Source: Delftia acidovorans NBRC 14950 (GTDB taxonomy: Bacteria > Pseudomonadota > Gammaproteobacteria > Burkholderiales > Burkholderiaceae_C). From it: DNA of 32,000 nt. The stretch is taken from contig NZ_BCZP01000027.1 in NCBI RefSeq assembly GCF_001598795.1, forward strand, positions 1-32,000, in the 5' to 3' direction. The position numbers were made by a program, and so were the translations under genes. The notes below the pieces were generated by a model. The model saw only the letters and a list, made by a program, of their open reading frames with translations, was not told where the DNA came from and ran no database searches. This document shows positions 1 to 7,791 of the stretch, in pieces (the stretch's first letter is position 1; each line of letters starts with the position of its first letter).

Positions 1-213
1 GCGACCCCTTCGCTGCGCTGCGGGGCAACCTGCGTCGGGCCGCCTGCGGGGTTCGCCGCAGAACTCACTGCGCGCTGCGCGCTCCGTTCAGACAACTGCG
101 GCGAGTCAGTTGACGAAGCAGTCCTGTCCTTCGGCAGGACTGCAACCCCGCAGGCGGCCCGACGCAGGCGCTGACATACGGGGGGTGGGCTCGGGCCTTT
201 GCTGCGCTCGGCC
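1..213 (-). repeat. Structured extragenic repeat, copy A (inverted relative to copy B at 1861-2077; may continue left of the window)
   Basis: The reverse complement of 1-213 aligns end to end with 1861-2077. By hand count there are roughly twenty substitutions plus a ~4-nt indel. It contains nested hairpins such as gcagtcctg..caggactgc and long arms cctgcgtcgggccgcctgcgggg / ccccgcaggcggcccgacgcagg. Confidence 0.85.
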
Positions 214-222
214 TGGTGTTTT

Positions 223-1113
223 TTAGCGGGGCATGTTGGTTCTGGTGGCGGGGGCCAGTTGCGCCGCGAACTCGCGCGCGGCCGCACTGTAGCTGGCGCC
301 TCGGCGCCACAGCAGGCCTGCCGTGCGGATGAGCTGGGGGGCGACCAGGTGGATGGCCACCATGTCCGTGGCCTGCTGGGCGGCGCGTTCGGGGACGATG
401 GTGGCCATGTCGCCCCAGCGGCACAGCGCGATCAGCGATTCCACCGAGCCCATTTCCGCGCGCAGCAAGGGCGTGACGCCTGCGGTGCGCAGTCCGTCCT
501 CGATCAGGCTGCGCGTGTAGAACGTGCGCGGCAGCAGGGCCAGGGGCACGCCGGCCAGCGACTTGACGGACAGCGTGCGGCGCCCGGCCAGTGGGTGCGA
601 TGGGTTGACCAGCAGCATCATGCGTTCGTCGAACAGCGGCAGCGCGTCCAGCTCGGCGCGCTGGGGCGGGTGAAAGCTCACGCCCAGGTCCAGGCTGCCG
701 TCCAGCAATCCCTGCTCCACGGGCGGGGCCAGCAGCTCGATCACCACCACGTTGACCTTGGGATAGGCGCGCATGAAAGCCGCCACGGCCGGGGCGACCA
801 GGGTGTTGAGGAAGGTGGGAATCACGCCGATGGTCAGCGTGCCGGTCTGCAGCTCGCTGAGGTCGGCCAGCGCCATGCGCCCGGCCTCCACCTCATGCAG
901 CGCACGCTCCGCATAGTTGCGGAACACCACTCCGGCCTGCGACAGCTTCAGCCCCCGGCCAATGCGCTCGAACAGCGCCATGCCCAGCTCCTCTTCCAGT
1001 TGGCGCAGTCCATGCGAGAGCGTGGACTGCGTGACATAGAGGTTTCTGGCCGATGTCGTCAGGTGCTCGGTCTTGGCGATATCGACAAAGTAGCGCAGCT
1101 GGCGCAGTTCCAT
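223..1113 (-). CDS. LysR-family transcriptional regulator
   Basis: N-terminal wHTH MELRQLRYFVDIAKTEHLTTSARNLYVTQSTLSHGLRQLEEELG and a LysR substrate-binding-type C-terminus. The track start at 1125 is TTG, so I prefer the ATG at 1113. Confidence 0.9.
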   Translation of the reverse strand: MELRQLRYFVDIAKTEHLTTSARNLYVTQSTLSHGLRQLEEELGMALFERIGRGLKLSQAGVVFRNYAERALHEVEAGRMALADLSELQTGTLTIGVIPTFLNTLVAPAVAAFMRAYPKVNVVVIELLAPPVEQGLLDGSLDLGVSFHPPQRAELDALPLFDERMMLLVNPSHPLAGRRTLSVKSLAGVPLALLPRTFYTRSLIEDGLRTAGVTPLLRAEMGSVESLIALCRWGDMATIVPERAAQQATDMVAIHLVAPQLIRTAGLLWRRGASYSAAAREFAAQLAPATRTNMPR

Positions 1114-1177
1114 GGGTGAAGGCAAGGGGGTGTTCGGCGGGCCAGTTTCTCACAGAGATACGGGCGCGCCGTACAGT

Positions 1178-1576
1178 TCACTCGCCGTCGTCCTGGTCCA
1201 CGAACTCCACCAGCTCCGGCAGCATCTCCAGTTGCTGGATGGCGTCCTTGAGCCGCAGGCCAAAGCGTGATTCCGGCCGCCCGAAGGCGCCCTGCGCCAG
1301 CCGCAGCGCCGCCGTTGCCTTGATCCACTCCACCTCGAAGGCATAGCGGTCCGCATGCTGCTGGACACTCATGCGCTTGATGTGCTCCAGCGCCAGTTCC
1401 ACGGCGCAGTCCACATCGATTTCACTGTCGTCCCTGTCGGGATCGTCGACCATCAGATCGATCAACTGCTGCAGCGTGCTCTGCACCAGGCCCAGCGACG
1501 CATGCATGGCCTGCCGCCAGGTGGGAAGAAAAGGTGGTTGGGGAGGGGCCGCCTGAGCGGCGATGAGGGGGTGCAT
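1178..1576 (-). CDS. Hypothetical acidic protein (about 132 aa)
   Basis: Internal ATG (MHPLIAAQ...) of ORF 1178-1753. The upstream part of that ORF runs through structured non-coding-looking sequence. No family recognised. Confidence 0.5.
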   Translation of the reverse strand: MHPLIAAQAAPPQPPFLPTWRQAMHASLGLVQSTLQQLIDLMVDDPDRDDSEIDVDCAVELALEHIKRMSVQQHADRYAFEVEWIKATAALRLAQGAFGRPESRFGLRLKDAIQQLEMLPELVEFVDQDDGE

Positions 1577-1860
1577 ATCTTGGTTCCTGCGTGAATCAAG
1601 AGAACCACTCGCTACCCTACGACAGGCGACGGGTGGACGGGATGTTCGTAACACGCACGCAGACGTGCGGCCATCCTTGCGGGTAGGCCCATCCCGTCCA
1701 AAACCGATCGAAGCGAATGCGTGCTGACGCACCCGCCCCAGGTATCTGGACATGACAAAGCCCCCTTTAAGGTGGGGGCTGCACCTCTACGTGTTTGGTG
1801 TTACGACACACCAAGCCTTTCGGCTCGCCGCAAGTTTAACGGCTGCGTATCAAGAAACCG

Positions 1861-2077
1861 GGCCGAGCGCAGCGAAGGCCCGAGCAAGCTCCCCGTATGT
1901 CAGCGCCTGCGTCGGGCCGCCTGCGGGGTTGCAGTCCTGCCGAAGGACAGGACTGCTTCGTGATCTGACTCGCTGCGGTTGTCTGAGCGGAGTTCACGCA
2001 GTGAACGCAGCGAGTTCCGCAGCGAACCCCGCAGGTGGCCCGACGCAGGTTGCCCCGCAGCGAAGCGAAGGGGTCGC
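1861..2077 (+). repeat. Structured extragenic repeat, copy B
   Basis: Inverted copy of 1-213. It has an internal long imperfect palindrome (about 1903-1927 pairs with about 2025-2047) and central hairpins at 1931-1956 and about 1990-2006. It generates several spurious track ORFs. Confidence 0.85.
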
Positions 2078-2292
2078 GGACATCCGGGTCGCCTTTTCTT
2101 GGCCTACGTTCTTTTGGCGAAGCAAAAGAAGGTAGGTCGGCCGCCGGGCCGAAACCCGGCCTCGAAAAACAACCCCCCGGCAGGGACAAAAAACGGCACT
2201 GGGCCAAGACCAGAACAAGCCCCCCCACCTGTCACACCCCTGTAAACCCCCACCACCACACTCACCCCCTTCACCATCCCCACAAAAACCAC

Positions 2293-4371
2293 ATGCCGCT
2301 GAGCAAACTCCCCACATTGCAATCCCTGCTCCTGTCCCGCCGCCTGGCGCTGAGCGTCCTGGCCAGCGCCGCGCTGGTGGCCGCCTGCGGTGGCAGCGAC
2401 AGCAACGACAGCACGACGCCCCCGGTGGCCAGCCAGCCCGCGACGGCCACGCTGGCCGTGCTGGAGACCACGGATCTGCACTTCAATGTGCGCAGCTATG
2501 ACTATTTCAAGCTGGCCGAGGATGCCTCCTACGGCTTCGAGCGCACGGCCACGCTGGTGCGTGCGGCGCGCAAGGAGTTTGCCAATACGCTGCTGGTGGA
2601 CAACGGCGACACCATCCAGGGCACTGCCCTGGCCGATTACGAGGCCGAGGTGGCCAAGATCCCCTGCACGCAGCAGCTGTCCATGTACAAGGCCATGGGC
2701 GCTCTGGGCTTCGATGCGGGCACGCTGGGCAACCATGAGTTCAACTACGGCCTGCCCTTCCTGAACCAGGTGCTGGGCGGCGGCCTGGATGTGGACGGCG
2801 TGGACAAGGCGCTCAAGTGCGCGGGCAATGGCTTTCCCATGGCGCTGTCGAATGTCTACAGCAGCAAGACCAAGCAGCCGCTGGTGCAGCCCTACGTGAT
2901 TCTGGAGCGCAAGATCGCTGCCAAGGACAAGGATGGCAAGGCGGTGGAGCTGCCCATCAAGATCGGCGTGATCGGCTTCACCACGCCGGGCATCATGAAC
3001 TGGGACAAGCGCTATCTGGAAGGCAAGCTCTACACCGAAGGCGCCGTGGAGTCCGCCCAGAAGTACCTGCCCGAGATGCGCGCCAAGGGCGCCGATGTGG
3101 TGGTGGCCATGCTGCACGGCGGCCTGGACGGCGCGGCCTACTCGCCGACGATGGAGAACCCCGGCCTGCACCTGAGCAAGGTGGCCGGCATCGACGCCAT
3201 GGTCATGGGCCACCAGCACAGCGTGTTCCCCGATGCGGCGGCCACGCCGGCGTTCACGCAGGCGGGCGTGGACAACAAGGCGGGCACCATCAACGGCGTG
3301 CAGTCGGTGATGGCCAGTTCCTGGGGCAAGGCGCTGGGCGTGATCCAGCTGGCGCTGAAGTGGGACGGCAAGCAGTGGAGCGTGGACAAGAGCGCGGGCA
3401 AGAGCGAGCTGCGCAATATCCAGACCGGCAAGGACGCTGCAGGCAAGGCCACCTACGTGGCCGTGGACCCGACGGTGGCGCCGCTGATCGAGAGCCAGCA
3501 CCAGGCCGCCATCCAGTACGTGAAGACGCCCATCGGCAGCACGGATTTCCGCATGAGCACGCTGTTCGCCGATGTGGGCGACCCGGGCGCCATCCAGATC
3601 GTCAACCAGGCGCAGCGCGACTATGTGGCCGACTATGTGAAGGCCAGCCTGCCGCAGTACGCGCAGCTGCCCGTGCTGTCGGTGAGCGCGCCGTTCAAGT
3701 CGGGCTTCCAGGGCGGCGCCGACTACACCGACGTGGCCGTGGGCCCGCTGGCCATCTACAACGCGGCCGACCTGTACCTGTACCCCAATACCGTGTATGC
3801 GGTGAAGGTGAATGGCGCCGACATCAAGGACTGGCTGGAGGCCGCCGCCAAGCGCTTCAACCAGATCGACCCGGCCAAGACGGGTGAGCAGCAGCTGATC
3901 AGCACCTTCCCGGGCTACAACTTCGACATGTTCACCACGGCCGATGTGCAGTACGAGATCGACGTGACCCAGCCCGTGGGCAGCCGCATCAAGAACCTGC
4001 AGTACCTGGGCAAGGCCATCGACCCGGCGCAGGAGTTCGTGATCGCCACGAACAACTACCGCGCCACCAGCGGCAAGAGCTTCATCGCCAAGCTCGACGG
4101 CTCCAGCGCCATCTGGGCCTCGCCGGACGCCAACCGCGACGTGGTGATCGGCTACGTGCGCAAGAAGGGCAGCATCACGCGCGCTGCCAATGGCGCGGCC
4201 AAGAGCTGGCGCTTCACCAAGGTGGCCACCTCGGCCAACGTGGTGTTCAGCTCCGGCGCCAACGCGCTGCCGGTGGCGCAGGCGGCGGGCCTGGCCAACA
4301 TCTCGCTGGTGGCGGCCGATGACGGCTCGGGCAAGGGCACGTCCAAGTACCGCCTGGATCTGTCGAAGTAA
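2293..4371 (+). CDS. cpdB: Bifunctional 2',3'-cyclic-nucleotide 2'-phosphodiesterase/3'-nucleotidase-like metallophosphoesterase (5'-nucleotidase family), predicted lipoprotein
   Basis: Calcineurin-like motifs VDNGDTIQG and GNHEFNYG plus a 5'-nucleotidase C-terminal-type region. Signal peptide with lipobox LVAAC|GG from the ATG at 2293. The ORF part at 2035-2292 overlaps the repeat and is rejected. Confidence 0.85.
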   Translation: MPLSKLPTLQSLLLSRRLALSVLASAALVAACGGSDSNDSTTPPVASQPATATLAVLETTDLHFNVRSYDYFKLAEDASYGFERTATLVRAARKEFANTLLVDNGDTIQGTALADYEAEVAKIPCTQQLSMYKAMGALGFDAGTLGNHEFNYGLPFLNQVLGGGLDVDGVDKALKCAGNGFPMALSNVYSSKTKQPLVQPYVILERKIAAKDKDGKAVELPIKIGVIGFTTPGIMNWDKRYLEGKLYTEGAVESAQKYLPEMRAKGADVVVAMLHGGLDGAAYSPTMENPGLHLSKVAGIDAMVMGHQHSVFPDAAATPAFTQAGVDNKAGTINGVQSVMASSWGKALGVIQLALKWDGKQWSVDKSAGKSELRNIQTGKDAAGKATYVAVDPTVAPLIESQHQAAIQYVKTPIGSTDFRMSTLFADVGDPGAIQIVNQAQRDYVADYVKASLPQYAQLPVLSVSAPFKSGFQGGADYTDVAVGPLAIYNAADLYLYPNTVYAVKVNGADIKDWLEAAAKRFNQIDPAKTGEQQLISTFPGYNFDMFTTADVQYEIDVTQPVGSRIKNLQYLGKAIDPAQEFVIATNNYRATSGKSFIAKLDGSSAIWASPDANRDVVIGYVRKKGSITRAANGAAKSWRFTKVATSANVVFSSGANALPVAQAAGLANISLVAADDGSGKGTSKYRLDLSK

Positions 4372-4386
4372 GCCGGACCGACCATC

Positions 4387-4420
4387 AAAAAGCCCCGTGC
4401 CTGGCGCACGGGGCTTTTTG
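4387..4420 (+). terminator. Rho-independent terminator after the cpdB-like gene
   Basis: aaaagccccgtgc / gcacggggctttt stem followed by a T-run. Confidence 0.8.
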
Positions 4421-4480
4421 CATTGGTGGCGGCTTTCTGCGTGTTGAACGTGTTGAGCGTGCTCGGCTTGTTCAGCGTGC

Positions 4481-5101
4481 TCACCGAGCAGGAGGCATCT
4501 CGAACACCAGGCAGGTGGTGGTGGCGTGGGCGTAGAGCGTGCCATCGGGGCCGACCAGGCGCGCCTCGGCCGTGGCCAGCTGGCGGCCGCAGTGCAGCAC
4601 GCGGCCTTCGGCGCGCACGCGCGGCACGCGCGGGGTTAGGGCCTTGACCAGGTTCACCCCCAGCTCGGCCGTGGTGTAGCCCCGGCCCGGCGGCATGCAG
4701 GTGTGGACGGCGCAGCCCAGCGCCGAGTCCAGCAAGGTGGCGAACCAGCCGCCGTGCACCGTGCCCATGGGGTTGAGGTGGTTGGCGCCGGGGCGGCCCT
4801 GGAAGACGGCGCTGCCTTCGCCCACGGAGATGAGCATGAAGTCCAGCGTGCGTGCAATGGGCGCGTAGGGCAGCTCGCCGCGCAGCATGGCCTGCATCAG
4901 CTCCAGCCCGCTGCGGCCTGCGACCTGGTCGGGGCGCGATACGCCTGCGCCGGGGCCGGCGTCCAGCCGGAGGGTGACCGCCTGTTCCTCGTCCAGCCAG
5001 GCTTGCAGGGCAGGGGAGATGGCGCCGGAGGTGGCGCTGGAGATGGCGCTGGAGGTGAGGCTGTGGGCGGCCTGCTCCGGGGAGTGGGTGCGGGTGTCCA
5101 T
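4481..5101 (-). CDS. PaaI-family (hotdog fold) thioesterase
   Basis: NPMGTVHGGWFATLLDSALGCAVHT motif typical of PaaI/YigI thioesterases. Start chosen at MDTRTH (ATG 5101, preceded by AGAGAG). The ATG at 5119 is an alternative. Confidence 0.85.
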   Translation of the reverse strand: MDTRTHSPEQAAHSLTSSAISSATSGAISPALQAWLDEEQAVTLRLDAGPGAGVSRPDQVAGRSGLELMQAMLRGELPYAPIARTLDFMLISVGEGSAVFQGRPGANHLNPMGTVHGGWFATLLDSALGCAVHTCMPPGRGYTTAELGVNLVKALTPRVPRVRAEGRVLHCGRQLATAEARLVGPDGTLYAHATTTCLVFEMPPAR

Positions 5102-5164
5102 GGAATGTCTCTCTTTCATTGGGAAAAGTGCGGGCGCCAGGCTGTCTGGGATGGCGGCGTGGAT

Positions 5165-5199
5165 ATTATTGTATCTACAACAGTTGTATATGCAATAAT
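5165..5199. promoter_or_regulatory. Imperfect 35-bp palindrome in the divergent thioesterase/marR intergenic region; candidate MarR operator
   Basis: In attattgtatctacaacagttgtatatgcaataat, 15 of 17 half-site positions are self-complementary. It is AT-rich in a GC-rich context and lies 8 bp upstream of the marR ATG. Confidence 0.55.
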
Positions 5200-5206
5200 C
5201 TGCGCC

Positions 5207-5713
5207 ATGCCAGTGAATCCAGACATCCTCGCCGTGCCCCAGGGCTGCACCAACCACCGCGTGCGCCAGCTCATGCGCAGCGTGGGCCAGGTGTATGACG
5301 CCCATCTGAACGAGACGGGGCTGCGCATCACGCAGTACTCGCTGCTCAGCCACGTGCTGGCCGCCAGTCCGGTGCGGCCCTCGGACCTGGCGCGGCGCAT
5401 GCGCATGGACGCCTCGACGCTGACGCGCAACCTCAAGCCGCTGATCGACGCCGGCTGGGTGCGCATGGGCCAGGGCGAGGACCAGCGCAGCCGCCTGGTG
5501 CACATCACCGACGCGGGCCAGGCCAAGCGCGAAGAGGCCAAGCAAAGCTGGAAGACCGCACAGAACGAGCTCAACGCCCGCGTCGGCCTGGAGCGCGTGG
5601 CGGCCCTGCATGCGCTGATCGACGAATGCCTGGTGCTGCTCGATGGCGGCAATGGCGATGGCGCTGGTGGTGGCGCTGGCGACGGCAACGCTGCAGACGG
5701 CCCGCAGGCGTAG
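5207..5713 (+). CDS. MarR-family transcriptional regulator
   Basis: wHTH region ITQYSLLSHVLAASPVRPSDLARRMRMDASTLTRNLKPLIDAGWV, followed by a Gly/Asp-rich tail. Confidence 0.9.
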   Translation: MPVNPDILAVPQGCTNHRVRQLMRSVGQVYDAHLNETGLRITQYSLLSHVLAASPVRPSDLARRMRMDASTLTRNLKPLIDAGWVRMGQGEDQRSRLVHITDAGQAKREEAKQSWKTAQNELNARVGLERVAALHALIDECLVLLDGGNGDGAGGGAGDGNAADGPQA

Positions 5714-5749
5714 GCCCTACCGAATTCCCAACCCCCCGAAGAGACTCCC

Positions 5750-7033
5750 ATGCTCTCCAACTCCACGGCGCGCTGGCTGCAGCGGCGCGGCATCCACTAC
5801 GGCTGGCTGGTCGCGGCCATCACTTTCCTCACCATGCTGACCATGTCGGCGGCGCTGGGCCTGCCGGGCGCCATGCTGCAGCCGCTGTCGCGCGAGTTCG
5901 GCTGGAGTACGGAGCAGATATCGAGCAGCCTGGCGCTGCGCTTTGCACTGTTCGGCCTGCTGGGGCCGTTTGCGGCCGTGATGATGGAGCGCTTCGGCCT
6001 GCGTGCCGTGATGTGCATGGGCCTGGCCCTGGTGGGCGGCGCCATGGCGATGGTGACGCAGGCCACGCAGCTGTGGCATCTGTTTTTGCTGTGGAGCCTG
6101 CTGCTGGGCATGGGCACGGGCCTGACGGCGCTGGTGCTGGGCGCCGTGGTGGCCAACCGCTGGTTTGCGGCGCGGCGCGGGCTGGTCATCGGCGTGCTCA
6201 CGGCCAGTGCGGCCACGGGGCAGCTGGCCTTCCTGCCGCTGGCCGCCTGGATGATCGAGCACTGGGGCTGGCGCTCGGCCACGGTGCCGGTGTTCGTGGC
6301 CAGTGCCCTGATCGCGGTGCTGGCCCTGCTGTTCGTGCGGGACCGGCCTTCGGACCTGGGCCTGGCGCCCTTTGGCGGCGATGCATCAGCCCCGCCGCCG
6401 CCGGCCATGGCCATGAACTTCGGCACGCCCTTCAAAGTGCTGGCCGAAGCCGCGCGCAACCGCACCTTCTGGCTGCTGGCGGGCACCTTCTTCATCTGCG
6501 GCCTGTCCACCAACGGCCTGGTGCAGACGCACTTCATCTCGCTGTGCGGCGACAACGGCATGGGCGCGGTGCCCGCCGCGTCGGTGCTGGCCATGATGGG
6601 GGCCTTCGACTTCGTGGGCACCGTGCTGTCGGGCTGGCTGTCGGACCGCTACGACAACCGCAAGCTGCTGTTCTGGTACTACGGGCTGCGCGGCCTGTCG
6701 CTGTTCTGGCTGCCGCATTCGGAGTTCACCTTCTACGGCCTGGGCCTGTTCGCCATGTTCTACGGGCTGGACTGGATCGCCACGGTGCCGCCCACGGTCA
6801 AGCTCACGGCCCAGCATTTCGGGCCGCAGAAGGTGGGGCTTGTGTTCGGCTGGATCTTCGCGGCCCACCAGCTGGGCGCGGCCACCGCTGCCTGGGGCGC
6901 GGGCCTGACGCGCACGTTGCTGCTGACCTATACGCCCGCGCTGTATGCGGCCGGCCTGGCCTGCCTGGTGGCGGCGGTGATGGCGCTGGTGATAGGGCGG
7001 GCGCGCAAGGCGGCGGCGGTGGCCGCGGCCTGA
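5750..7033 (+). CDS. MFS transporter
   Basis: 427 aa with about 12 hydrophobic segments and the typical MFS loop pattern (GLLGPFAAVMMERFGLR). Confidence 0.9.
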   Translation: MLSNSTARWLQRRGIHYGWLVAAITFLTMLTMSAALGLPGAMLQPLSREFGWSTEQISSSLALRFALFGLLGPFAAVMMERFGLRAVMCMGLALVGGAMAMVTQATQLWHLFLLWSLLLGMGTGLTALVLGAVVANRWFAARRGLVIGVLTASAATGQLAFLPLAAWMIEHWGWRSATVPVFVASALIAVLALLFVRDRPSDLGLAPFGGDASAPPPPAMAMNFGTPFKVLAEAARNRTFWLLAGTFFICGLSTNGLVQTHFISLCGDNGMGAVPAASVLAMMGAFDFVGTVLSGWLSDRYDNRKLLFWYYGLRGLSLFWLPHSEFTFYGLGLFAMFYGLDWIATVPPTVKLTAQHFGPQKVGLVFGWIFAAHQLGAATAAWGAGLTRTLLLTYTPALYAAGLACLVAAVMALVIGRARKAAAVAAA

Positions 7034-7063
7034 GCCCCATCACCGTTCACGCCATCCGCGCCC

Positions 7064-7723
7064 TCAGTACAGCTGGCGCTTGCCCGGCTGCAGCAGGACG
7101 ACCAGGGCGCCCGCGCCACCTTCGGCCGGGCGGGCCTGCACAAAGGCCAGCACTTCCTTTTTCTGCACCAGCCAGCGCAGCACGCGGCCCTTGAGCACGG
7201 GGGTCTTGCCCGGCGAGCCCAGGCCCTTGCCGTGCACCACGCGCACGCAGCGTATGCCGGTGCGGTGGGACAGGCGGATGAACTGGCCCAGCGCCTCGCG
7301 CGCCTCGTCCACGCGCAGGCCGTGCAGGTCCAACTGGCGCTGGATGCTCCACTGGCCGGCGCGCAGCTTGTGCGTCACGTCCAGGCCGATGCCGGGGCGC
7401 CGGAAGCTGAGCTGGTCGTCGGTGTCCAGCAGGGTGCTGACGTCGAACTCGTCGCTCATGGCCTCCTGCAGCACGCGCTGCTCGTCCAGCTCCAACTGCA
7501 GGGGCAGCGGCTCGGGGGGCTCGGGGGCATGGAGGTGGCGGGCGTGCGCGGACTTGAGCGCATGCACCGGGCCCACGGTGTTTTCGAACAGCTTTTGCTC
7601 GGCCAGGAGGCGGCGCGCCGCCTCGGCGCGCTGCTGCTGGAGCAGGGCCTCTTGGGCGGCGGCTTCGGCCAGTGCGCGGCGCACTGGCGCGAGGTCCTGC
7701 AGGCTGGTGGCTTTCAAAGTCAT
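7064..7723 (-). CDS. Smr/MutS2-C domain protein
   Basis: C-terminal Smr motifs LDLHGLRVDEA and VVHGKGLGS. Start at MTLKAT (ATG 7723). Confidence 0.85.
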   Translation of the reverse strand: MTLKATSLQDLAPVRRALAEAAAQEALLQQQRAEAARRLLAEQKLFENTVGPVHALKSAHARHLHAPEPPEPLPLQLELDEQRVLQEAMSDEFDVSTLLDTDDQLSFRRPGIGLDVTHKLRAGQWSIQRQLDLHGLRVDEAREALGQFIRLSHRTGIRCVRVVHGKGLGSPGKTPVLKGRVLRWLVQKKEVLAFVQARPAEGGAGALVVLLQPGKRQLY

Positions 7724-7791
7724 GGTGACGCCGGTTGTACCGCAATTTCGGCACCCCGGCGGCCATGGCGCCCTCTCAATGGCCGGCGAGC

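Noticed and set aside
65-424. ORFs seeded inside the structured repeats (65-424, 1752-2135, 1836-2228, 1979-2245, 1994-2317), which share peptide strings such as CVGPPAGLQSCRRTGLL.
   Set aside because: The similarity comes from the inverted DNA repeat itself and the frames are read on different strands. The sequence is hairpin-dominated, so the element is more likely non-coding.
199-1119. Long plus-strand ORF (306 aa) antisense to the LysR gene. Similar long antisense or shadow ORFs occur at 2104-4545, 7735-9942, 9152-10408, 10416-11519, 12078-12800 (N-terminal part), 13255-14436, 14433-15734, 15169-16362, 24711-27053 and 28458-29855.
   Set aside because: Their translations are Arg/Ala/Gly/His-rich low-complexity sequence with no motifs. 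Each lies opposite a gene with clear family signatures. Long stop-free antisense frames are expected at this G+C content.
2035-2292. N-terminal 86-codon extension of the cpdB-like ORF. There are similar upstream extensions of ORFs 4481-5611, 1178-1753, 7064-7855, 10461-11636, 14348-15157, 21577-22773, 22218-23480, 18965-19696 and 14782-16500.
   Set aside because: The extensions run through the repeat element, intergenic palindromes or neighbouring genes. Internal ATGs give canonical N-termini (signal peptides, conserved family starts), RBSs or stop/start coupling.
4421-4480. Repetitive gtgttgaacg / tgttgagcg / ttgttcagcg motifs between the cpdB terminator and the thioesterase stop.
   Set aside because: These are imperfect short repeats. 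They most simply form part of a weak stem (tgctcgg..ccgagca) that overlaps the stop codon and last codons of the minus-strand thioesterase gene, so its role as a terminator is uncertain. There is no evidence for a distinct element.
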